DNA of 64,000 nt. Source: Squalus acanthias. Its lineage: Eukaryota. The position numbers were made by a program, and so were the translations under genes. The notes beneath the pieces are model-generated. The model was not told the DNA's origin. It did not search any database and saw only the letters and a list, made by a program, of their open reading frames with translations. Of this stretch, positions 49,847-60,533 are shown one piece after another. The stretch spans positions 62,001 to 126,000 of the forward strand of contig JASTWF010000366.1 of NCBI GenBank assembly GCA_030390025.1, written 5' to 3'. Each line of letters begins with the position of its first letter. Within the stretch, counting starts at the first letter, position 1.

Positions 49847-50982
49847 TTCCAGAGGTGAGGTGAAAGTGACTGCCCTTGACATCAAGACAGCATTTGACCA
49901 AGTGTGGCATCAAATGAGCCCGAGTAATACTGAAGTCAATGGGACTCGGGGGGAAAACTTTCCACTGGCTGGAGTCATACCTAGCACAAAGGAAGATGGT
50001 TGTGGTGGTTGGAGGTCAATCATCACAGCCCCAAGACATCGCTGCAGGAGTTCCTCAGTGCAGTGTCCAAGTCCCAACCATCTTCAGCTGCTTCATCAAT
50101 GACCTTCCCTCCACCATAAGGTCAAAAATGGGGATGTTTCTTGATGACTGCACAGTGTTCAGTGCCATTTACATGCAACAAGACCTGGACGATGTTCAGG
50201 CTTGGGCTGATAAGTGGCAGCTAACATTCGCACCACACCAGTGCCAGGCAATGACTATCTCCAACAAGCGAGCGTCTAACTACCGCCCCTTGACATTCAA
50301 TGGCATTACCATCACCGAATCCCCCACCATCAACATCTAGGGGTCACCATTGACCAGAAACTTAACTGGACCAGCCACATAAATACTGTGGCAACAAGAG
50401 CAGGTCAGAGGCTAGGTATTCTGTGGCGAGTGTCTCACCTCCTGACTCCCCAAAGCCTTTCCACCATCTGCAAGGCACAAGTAAGGAGTGTGATGGAATA
50501 CTCTCCACTTGCCTGGATGAGTGCAGCTCCAACAACACTCAAGAAGCTCGACACCATCCAGGACAAAGCAGCCGCTTGATTCACTCCCTCCACCACCGGC
50601 GTACCATGGCTGCAGTGTATACCATCTACAAGATGCACTGCAGCAACTCGCCAAGGCTTCTTTGGCAGCACCTCCCAAACCCACGACCTCTTCCACCTAG
50701 AAGGACAAGGGCAGCAGGTGCATGGGAACACCACCACCTCCAAGTTCCCCTCCAAGTCACACAGCATCCTGACTTGGATGTATATCGCTGTTCTTTCATC
50801 GTCGCTGGGTCAAAATCCTGGAACTCCCTCCCTAACAGCACTGTGGGAGTACCTTCACCAGATGGACTGCAGCGGTTCAAGAAGGCAGCTCACCACTACC
50901 TTCGCAAGGGGAATTAGGGATGGGCAATAAATGCTGGCCTTGCCAGCGACGCCCACTTCCCATGAACGAATATTTTAAAAAA
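49847..50982 (+). mobile_element. tRNA-headed-family LINE copy D, 5'-truncated
   Basis: VTALDIK.AFD.VWH, GVPQ, MFLDD, ...SWNSLPNS...FKKAAHH.L.KGN*, then the tail hairpin and A tail. Confidence 0.94.
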
Positions 50983-51842
50983 GATGTACCGTGAAAATAT
51001 ACTGTACTGTATATAATAATGTTTAATTTTTATTCAAAAACATGGAGGAAAATAATCCTACAATTGCACCAAAAATAAATTAGCATTTTTGTGCAACTTA
51101 ATCATTATTGAATGAAATTAAAGGGGCAGCATCTTTATAAAAAATGCCATTATTTTCAGGGAGGAAGAGCCACGCATCCTTCACATTGCGATCATATGCA
51201 AGTGACATAAGGCTGCTTTTGGACACGATTTATGCTATTGCCTTGGTGAACAAACAAAAAATGTTGCCAAATACTTTTTCTGTAAAGAACATTCCCTTTA
51301 AATTACCTAACACACAAAACCTATTGGGTTTGGAAACTCTGACTGTTAAAACATTGAAGCCAGATGATATCTTGATGAGGTATTGATTGATATTCTGCTG
51401 GGGAGAGAGGACAGTGACTTGAAGTAAGAATTAAGACAGTGATTATTAGGGCTTATTGCTTGTAAAAGATTAACTTATGCTGTTCTTGTGGACATGCGAT
51501 GGCTTTTCGCTGTTCCTCTGCTGAAGGTGCTGACTCATACTGCTGTCTAGTTCCAGGGGGGGATGGTCTCCAGAATCTTGGGCAAGTAGCTATTCTTACT
51601 TCATAAGCCTAGACGGTGAGTGCCGACAGGCTTTCTGACTGTGGGAGGAAACTTCAGAAACAATTATGTTCTTGCCCTTGCCCCCAATTTATGTATTTGC
51701 ACTTTACAGTAGCAGTCGTGGAATAGTGATATGATCCCTGACTAAATTCCCCATTCCTCCCCAAGTCCGGGGCATTGACTCCATTGTAATGTTCCGACCA
51801 CCAGGTTGGGTAAAATCAGCTGACAGAACACAGACAAGTGAT

Positions 51843-52013
51843 AGAATCTGACATGTTCATGGTTTGTAGCGCTCATTGCCTAGGCTGGATGGTGCAGTTA
51901 GAATCTGACTTGTTCATGGTCTGTAGCACTCATTGCCTAGGCTGGGTGGTGCAGTTAGAATCTGACTTGTTCATGGTCTGTAGCGCTCATTGCCTAGACT
52001 GGGTGGTGCATTG
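51843..52013. repeat. 3 x 57-bp tandem repeat within the head of a family 'S' SINE (51500-52040, minus)
   Basis: Units start at 51843, 51900 and 51957: agaatctgac.tgttcatggt.tgtagc.ctcattgcctag.ctgg.tggtgca. Confidence 0.95.
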
Positions 52014-52459
52014 ACCAACTGAGTCATCAGAGGAGCTGACTTTTTAAGATTTATTTTTTTCTTCCCTGGTAGGTTATTTGGTCCTTTGCATCTTCCTACA
52101 TCAGGGAGGGGAAGAGATTGTGGATTTTGGGCCTGTTCCACAACTTTGATCGATGGTCCACCATAACTGACCAGCAGAAGAAATGATTCTAGCAATGCAA
52201 ACTGGAGAATCTCTGTTTTTCTCCCTCCAGGCTCTTCTCCAAAACATTCTGAGATGAAACTGTTCACTTTTATTCAAGCAACCGAATGATGACACTCAAG
52301 CAGCCTGGAGTAATGGTGTTCAAAATGTAGGCAGCCCTGCAGTTGCCCCCATCCAGTGTTTAACTGGATGGAAGCTTGTGGCCATGCTGAACATTTTAAA
52401 AATACAAACCTTGTATTTTAAGCACCTCTTGATAGCTAAGCTGTCAACTGCGTTATTTA

Positions 52460-52742
52460 GTGTGGGATATAAAAGATCCAATAGCACTATTTGAAGAAGA
52501 GCAGGGGAGTTTTTCCCAGTGTCCTGGCCAATATTTATCCCTCAACCAACATCACTAAAACAGATTTTCTGTTCATTATCACATTGCTGTTTATGGGACC
52601 TTGCTGAGCGCAAATTGGCTGCTGCATTTCCTACATTACAACAGTGACTCCACTTCAAAAGTAATTAATTGGTTGTAAAGTGCTTTGGGACTTCCTGAGG
52701 TCATGAAAGGCACTATATAAATAAAAGTCAGTCTTTCTTTCT
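52460..52742 (+). mobile_element. Deu-domain SINE, 5'-truncated
   Basis: taaaagatcc..tagcactatttgaagaagagcaggggag...gtcctggccaatatttatccctcaacc...tail. Confidence 0.88.
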
Positions 52743-53069
52743 GATTCGGACATAAAAAATGCCTATTAGATTCTTATTCCAGACTCAGTGCCTTCAGAAA
52801 AATGTAAGAAAATTGGAGGGAAAAAAGTAGAGAAAGGCCCCAAGGAATCTGTCAAAGTCCAGTTTTATACCTGGTCAAACATGGCAACCCCGTGACTTCA
52901 ATTTATGACCCTCTAGTTGTGAGTTTGAGGTTATTATCCTTCCCAATAAGCTATCTGAGGTGAGCTGAAAAGTTTAGCAAACTGGGTCTGCTCTCTTTGA
53001 AAAAGAAGTGCCTTTGGATAACCAGAATGATATTTTCAAGATTGAAGTTGATCCAGGCAAATTGATTAC

Positions 53070-55712
53070 ATCGGATATACGGCACAGAAACAGGCCATTC
53101 AGCCCAACCAGTCCATGCCGGCGTTTATGCTCCACTCAAGCCTCCTCCTGTCTTTCCTCATCTAAATCTATCAGCATAACCCTCTATTCCCTTCTCCCTC
53201 ATATACTTGTCTAGCCTCCCCTTAAATGCATCTATACTTTTCGCTTCAACCACTCCCTGTGGTAGGTAGCGAGTTCCACAATCTCACCACTCTTTGGGTA
53301 AAGAAGTTTCTTCTGAACTCCCTATTGGATTTCTTGGTGACTATCTTATATTGATGGCCTCTAGTTATGCTCTTCCCCACAAGTGGAAACATTCTCTCTG
53401 TATCCACTCTATCAATACCTTTCATAATTTTAAAGACCTCCAATAGGTCACCCCTCAGCCTTCTCTTTTTAAGAGAAAGGAGACCCAGCCTGTTCATCCT
53501 TTCCTGATATGTATACCCTCGCATTTCTGGTATCATCCTTGTAAAACTTCCCTGCACCCTCTCCAGTGCCTCTATATCCTTTTTATAATATGGCGACCAG
53601 AACTGTATGCAGTACTCTAAGTGCGGTCTAACCAAGGTTCGATACAGGTTTAGCATAACTTCCCTACTTTTCAATTCTAGACCTCTAGAAATAAACCCTA
53701 GTGCTTGGTTTGCTTTTTTATGGCCTTGCTAACCTGTGTCGCAACTTTTCGTGATTTGTGTATTTGTATTTCGAGATCCCTTTGTTCCTCTACCCCACCT
53801 AGACGTGCACCCTCCAAGTAATAAGTGACCTCCCTATTCTTCCCACCAAAATGTAATACCTCACATTTATCTGTGTTGAACTTCATTTGCCAATTATATG
53901 CCCATTCTGCAAGTTTATTAATGTCCTCCTGTAATTTATTGCAGTGTTCCTCAGTATTGACTATTCCCCCAATTTGGTGTCATCCGCAAATTTAGAAATT
54001 GTGTTTTTGATTCCAAAGTCTAAATCGTTAATATAAATTGTGAACAACAGTGGTCCCAGCACTGATCCTTGTGGAACACCACTACCCACCTTCTGCCACT
54101 GTGAGTAACAACTTTTTCCCCCTAATCTCTGCTTTCTGTCTTGAAGTCAGCTAGCAATCCATTCTGCTACTTGTCCCCTGACTCCGCATTCTCTGACCTT
54201 GTTCATCAGTCTATTATGGGGTACCTTACCGAAGGCCTTTTGAAAATCTAGATAAATTACATCTACTGCACTACCATTGTCTACTTTCCCTGTTACCTCT
54301 TCAAAAAAGTCAATGAGGTTGGTCAAGCAAGACTTTCCCTTTTGAAATCAATGCTGACTGTTCATTACTATGTTTTTGGTTTCTAGATGTTCTTCTATTT
54401 TTTCCTTTAACAGGGATTCCATTATTTTTCCTACCACCGATGTTAAGCTGACTGCTCTATAATTCCCTGGACATGTTCTATCCCCCTTCTTAAATATAGG
54501 TATTACGTTAGCTATCCACCAGTCCTCTGGCACTACACCTTTTTCTAACAAATTATTAAATCTGCGTATTAATGCCTCTGCTATCTCTTCCCTAGATTCT
54601 TTTAAAATGCGTAGATGCAAATCGATCCGAACCAAGGGTTTTATCTCTTTAAGTTTGATTAGTTTATTTAATATATCCCCTCTTTTTATTTTAAATGCAC
54701 TTATCTCATTACTAATCTCATCATCCAATGTCATGTCCACCTGTTCTATCTCCCTGGTAAATACTGAAGCAAAATAATTATTTAATATTTCTGCCATCTC
54801 TCTATCGTTACCTGTGGTATTATCCTGTCTATCCCTTAATGGCCCTATTCCCATCCCAACCTTCCTTTTTTTAGTGATGTGCCTGTAAAATATTTTACTA
54901 TTTTGTTTTATGTTCCTCTTTGCTTTCCTAATTGTTTTTTGACTTCTCTCCTAACCTCTTTGTATTCTCCCTTATCATGCACTCCCCTGCTGTCTATGTA
55001 CTTAATGTATGCCTCTTTCCTTACCCTCAATTGTTCCCTTATGGCTTTATTCATCCATAGTGTTTAGTTTGTTCTTTCCTTTTATTGTTCCTGCACTCTG
55101 TTGAACACTGTTTTAAATGTTTCCCATTGCTGTTCTGCATTGTTGTTTGCCAATATTGTTGCCCATTTTATCTTCCCAAGTTCTATTCTCAGCACCTCAA
55201 AATCAGCTTTTCTCCAACCTATTAACCTGGTTTTCGTCATACTTATGTCCTTCTCTATTATCATCTTAAAGCATATTATATTATGGTCACTATTGCCTAG
55301 ATGTTCCCCTATTTTTACTTCTCTTATCTGCTCTGGTTCATTCCCCATTACTAGATCCAATAGCGAATCCTTCCTTGTTGGGTTTTTTACATATTGGGTT
55401 AGAAAGGAGTCCTGTACACATTGTAGGAACTCTATTCCCTTATCCCCTTTACCTACCACTTCTGTCCAATTAATATCAGGGTAGTTGAAAATCCCCATGA
55501 TTATTATTCTATGTTTTTTACTCATTTCCCTAATTTGTCTGCATATTTCTTCCTCCACCTCCCTTCCACTATTAGGTGGTCTGTCGACTACACCTATTCG
55601 TGTGATTGATCCTTTATTATCTTTTATCTCTATCTATATGGATTCTATTATTGTCTTGCTGATAGCTGTGTCACTTTTTCTACTGCCATTATTTTATCCC
55701 TAATAAGTACAG
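53070..55712 (-). mobile_element. CR1 LINE, second subfamily, long copy from the APE domain through RT to the 3' UTR, decayed
   Basis: ORFs 55082..55558 (MG.FNYPDINW, LDLV, SDHN), 54348..54854 (LNNYFASVFT, NYR.VSLTS), 53698..53886 and 53246..53674 (RPHLEYC, TRGH, WNSLP). A 19-bp tandem duplication sits at the 5' junction (55694-55731). Confidence 0.95.
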
Positions 55713-55739
55713 CTTATCCCTAATAAGTACAATTGATGA

Positions 55740-56012
55740 AGAGTTCAAATATCAGAGGATACAAGTTAAACATTAGGAAGTTAGAAGTAAGTGAAGAATT
55801 GAGGTGGAATTCTTCATCAAAAGGTAGATTACGTTGCAGGGAAAGCCATACCAGTGAGGTGTATAACTGGGTGCAAGGGATAATTAAATGCATCACTGAA
55901 CAGAAAAGGGATTGTGGAATACTTTGAGAAAGTGGAATTGATTAATTATAAAGAAGTAGCCTCGTTGGGCATAATGGCCTTTCCTGTTCCTAAAATTTCT
56001 TATGTTCTTATG
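55740..56012 (+). mobile_element. Old CR1 3' fragment
   Basis: RG..YKL remnant, aatggcctttcctgttcct and a ttcttatgttcttatg tail. Confidence 0.65.
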
Positions 56013-56679
56013 AAAAATGACAAAAAATCTATTCCGATTTAAGTGCAGCACCAATTGAGAAATACAAAGGCAAAATAACATTGTCTCTGCAAATCTGCAA
56101 ATAGCCTCTAAGTTTACTTACGTTACCACAATAAAAACATTCAAATAAACCTTTATAAATATTACAGCCCAAAATGTGTGACTGAAGCTTTTGATTGACA
56201 TTTGTTTTATCCATAAGTTGATGTCACCTGTCCATAATATATCAAGTGCAGCTTATACTCCTATGTGACTTATACGAGTTCACAAAAACCAAGTGCTAAA
56301 ACCAAAAGCAGGGTGTGATTTATGTTTCATCAAATACTGTACGTCTCTGTCTTAATGTTACTTTTCTGAAGGTGTCGATATATTACCCAGTGCACACAGT
56401 GCCATAAAATTTTTTATAACACATCCATCTTGCACATAAGGTGAGTCACAAAACATGAACTAGTCTTCAGAATATTAACATAACTGCATTCTGCATAAGT
56501 TGTAACTGTAGTGTCGCATCAAGATAGCCAAAATATAGAGTAAATGTCCAGAATTTTCTTACAATACTCCAGTTCACTAACAAACACAAACAGGGGTTCT
56601 AAAAAAAAATATGCGTTTAGCAGGAACTAATAATGATGTAAAATGTTTGCACGGGCTAGCTATCAATTAAGGGCAATTT

Positions 56680-57010
56680 ATCCACTCCCCAGTTAGCTCG
56701 GTTGGCACATGCACTGTCCAATGTGGTACTGAGCCATTCGGAATTGGAAGATTCAATTCTTCAAGATCAAGTGATCTGATCTCAGAGAGGTTCTATAATT
56801 GGCCTCAGCATCTCTGGATGAGGAAGGAGAAAAAAAATCAGCCAGGATTCCTACACCTGATTGCTAGCTAGTTATAGCTGCTAGAAAGGATGGGGCTGTT
56901 GACCACTTGGGCAAGATAATAAAGGGCTGGTCAGGGCCCAAGGGATCATTTTCCAGCATGAGTCACTGCCTTCAGGAGAGGAGATAAGAAAATTGCAATC
57001 GGGTGGGGAG
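56680..57010 (+). mobile_element. Old tRNA SINE family 'S'
   Basis: tagctcggttgg head, aattggcctcag, aaatcagccagg, gagtcactgccttcaggagag. Confidence 0.7.
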
Positions 57011-57287
57011 TGGCGGGAGGAATGTATTTTATTCTAAAATAGTCAAAGCATACAAAATTGTTTATTATTAAGAGGACATTGTTGTCTCCCCCATCCCCAT
57101 CTCAGAACAATTTGGGGGAAATATTTTCAGTGTTTATCCATGACATGATGAAATTCATGTCACTGATTGTAACCCCCTAAAAAAATACTTTTTTACTTCT
57201 ACGCCCTTCAATATTCTCCGCTCCTCTCCTGAGAGCATTAATTTATGCTGAGGTACAGTTCCATGGCTCCACTCACCCTCTGGTACC

Positions 57288-60200
57288 TTTTTTTAAATTC
57301 GTTTTGGGATCTGGGCGTCGCTGGCAAGGCCAGCATTTATTGCCCATCCCTAGTTGCCCTTGAGAAGGTGGTGGTAATGCCGCCTTCTTGAACCGCTGCA
57401 GTCCGTGTGGTGAAGGTACTCCCACAGTGCTGTTAGGTAGGGAGTTCCAGGATTTTGACCCAGCGACGATGAAGGATCGGCGATATACTTCTAAGTCAGC
57501 ATGATGTGTGACTTGGAGGGGAACTTGGAGGTGGTGGTGTTCCCATGCGCCTGCTGCCCTTGTCCTTCTAGGTGGAAGAGGTCACAGGTTTGGGAGGTGC
57601 TGCCGAAGAAGACTTGGCGAGTTGCTGCAGTGCATCTTGTAGATGGTACACACGGCAGCCACGGTACGCCGGTGGTGGAGGGAGTGAATGTTTAAGGTGG
57701 TGGATGGGGTGCCAATCCAGCGGGCTGCTTTGTCCTGGATGGTGTCGAGCTTCTTGAGTGTTGTTGGAGCTGCAAGTGGAGAGTATTCCATCACACTCCT
57801 TACTTGTGCCTTGTAGATGGTGGAAAGGCTTTGGGGAATCAGGAGGTGAGACACTCGCCGCAGAATACCTAGCCTCTGACCTGCTCTTGTTGCCACAGTA
57901 TTTATGTGGCTGGTCCAGTTAAGTTTCTGTTTAATGGTGACCCCCAGGATGTTGATAGTGGGGATTCGGTGATGGTAATGCCATTGAATGTCAAGGAGAG
58001 GTGGTTAGACTCTCGCTTGTTGGAGATAGTCATTGCCTGGCACTTGTGTGGCGCGAATGTTACTTGCCACTTATAGGCCCAAGCATGAACGTCGTCCAGG
58101 TCTTGTTGCATGCGGGCATGGACTGCTTCATTATCTGAGGAGTTGTGAATGGCGCTGAACACTGTGCAGTCATCAGCGAACATCCCCATTTCTGACCTTA
58201 TGTTGGAGAGAAGGTCATTGATGAAGCAGCTGAAGATGGTTGGGCCTAGGACACTGCCCTGAGGAACTCCTGCAGCTGTGATGATTGACCATCAACCACC
58301 ACAACCATCTTCCTTTGTGCTAGGTATGACTCCAGCCAGTGGAGTATATTCCCCCTGATTCCCATTGACTTCAGTTTTACTCGGGCTCCTTGATGCCGGA
58401 ATCGGTCAAATGCTGCCTTGATGTCAAGGGCAGTCACTCTCACCTCACCTCTGGAATTCAGCTCCTTTGTCCATGTTTGGACCAAGGCTGTAATGAGTTT
58501 GGGAGCCGAGTGGCCTTGGCAGAACCCACACTGGGCATCAGTGAGCAGGTTTTTGGTGAGTAAGTGCCGCTTGATAGCACTGTCAATGACACTTTCCATC
58601 ACTTTGCTGATGATTGAGAGTAGACTGATGGGGCGGTAATTGGCCGGGTTGGATTTGTCCTGCTTTTTGTGGACAGGACATACCTGGGCAGTTTTCCACA
58701 TTGTCGGATAGATGCCAGTGTTGTAGCTGTACTGGAACAGCTTGGCTAGAGGTGCGGCTAGTTCTGGAGCACAATAGTCGGGATGTTGTCGGGGCCCATA
58801 GCCTTTGCTGTATCCAGTGCGCTCAGCCGTTTCTTGATATCATGTGGAGTGAATCGAATTGGCTGAAGACTGGCTTCTATGATGGTGGGGACCTCAGGGG
58901 GAGGCCGATATGGATCATCCACTCGGCACTTCTGGCTGAAGAGAGTTGCAAATGCTTCAGCCTTGTCTTTTGCACTCATGTGCTGGGCTCCACCATCATT
59001 GAGGATGGGGATATTCTTGGAGCCTCCTCCTCCCGTTAGTTGTTTAATGGTCCACCACCATTCACGACTGGATGTGGCAGGGGTACAGAGCACTGATCTG
59101 ATCCGTTGATTGTGGGATCGCTTAGTCCTGTCTATAGCATGCTGCTTCCGCTGTTTAGCATGCATGTAGTCCTGTGTTGCAGCTTCCCCAGATTGCCACC
59201 TCATTTTTAGGTAAGCCTGGTGCTGCTCCTGGCATGCTCTTCTACACTCCTTGTTGAACCAGGGTTGCTCCCCTGGCTTGGTGGTAAAGGTAGAGTGAGG
59301 GATATGCCGGGCCATGAGATTACAGATTGTGGTGGAATACAATTCTGCTGCTGCTGATGGCCCACAGCGCCTCATGGATGCCCAGTTTTGAGCTGCTAGA
59401 TCGGTTCTGAATCTATTCCATTTAGCACATTGGTAGTGCCACCCAACACGATGGAGGGTGTCCTCAGTATGAAGACGGGACATCGTCTACACAATGACTG
59501 TGCGGTGGTCACCGCTGCATCTGCGACAGGTAAGGACGAGGTCAAGTAGGTTTTTCCCCTCGTGTTGGTTCACTCACCACCTGTCGCAGGCCCAGACTGG
59601 CAGTTATGTCCTTCAGGACTCAGCCAGTAGTGGTGCTACTGAGCCACTCTTGGTGATGGACATTGATGTCCCCCACCCAGAGTACATTCTGTGCCCTTGC
59701 TACTCTGAGTTGCTTCTTCCAAGTGGTGTTCAACATGGAGGAGTACTGATTCATCAGCTGAGGGAGGGCAGTAGGTGATAATCAGCAGGAGGTTTCCTTG
59801 CCCATGCTTGACCTGAAGCCATGAGACTTCATGGGGTCCGGAGTCAATGTTGTGGGCTCCCATGGCCACTTCTTCCCGACTGTATACCACTGTGCCGCCA
59901 CCCCTGGTGCGTCTGTCCTGCCGGTGGGACAGGACATACCCAGGGATGGTGATGGAGGAGTCTGGGACATTGGCTGAAAGGTATGATTCTGTGAGTATGA
60001 CTATGTCAGGCTGTTGCTTGACTAGTCTGTTGGACAGCTCTCCCAATTTTAGCACAATTCCCCAGATGTTGGTGAGGAGGACTTTGCAGGGTTGACTGGG
60101 CTGGGTGTGCCGTTGCCGTGTCTGTAGCCGGTGCCGAGATCGATGCCAGTAGGTCCGTCCAGTTTCATTCTTATTATTTTGTTTCATAGCGGTTTGTTAC

Positions 60201-60533
60201 AACTGAGTGGCTTGCTGGGCCATTTCAGAGGGCAGTTATGAGTCAACCACATTGTTGTGGGTCTGGAATCACATATAGGCCAGACCAGGTAAGGACGGCA
60301 GATTTCCTGCCCTAAAGGACATTAGTGAACCAGATGGGTTTTTACGACAATCTGATAGTTTCATGGTCACCATTACTGATACTAGCTTTTTATTCCAGAT
60401 TTATTTAATTAACTGAATTTAAATTCCCCAGCTGCTGTGGTGGGATTTGAACTCACGTCTCTGGATCATTAGTCCAGGCCTCTGGATTACTGGATTACTA
60501 GCCCAGTGACATTACCACTATGCTACCGTTCCC
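57288..60533 (-). mobile_element. Full-length tRNA-headed single-ORF LINE (APE + RT, CR1/Zenon-like), copy E
   Basis: ORF fragments 59636..60187, 58758..59483, 58246..58701, 57902..58189 (MFADD) and 57582..57896. The 5' 345 nt are a tRNA head plus SINE-like body; the 3' end is a hairpin plus A tail. Confidence 0.95.
60443..60525 (-). promoter_or_regulatory. Internal type-2 RNA polymerase III promoter (A box 60515-60525, B box 60443-60452)
   Basis: A box TAGCATAGTGG at +9 and B box GTTCAAATCC. Both are identical in copy A (20640-20650 and 20575-20584). Confidence 0.88.

Noticed and set aside
51843..52013. CRISPR-like array
   Set aside because: Head-to-tail tandem units with no unique spacers, in a eukaryotic SINE context.
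52860..52892. hAT element ending in tggcaacccc
   Set aside because: Only one TIR-like end, with no partner or TSD found.
17564..60095. Many 60-110 aa ORFs overlapping the LINE and SINE copies on alternative frames or strands
   Set aside because: They recur only because the repeats recur; they are shadow frames with no independent coding evidence.
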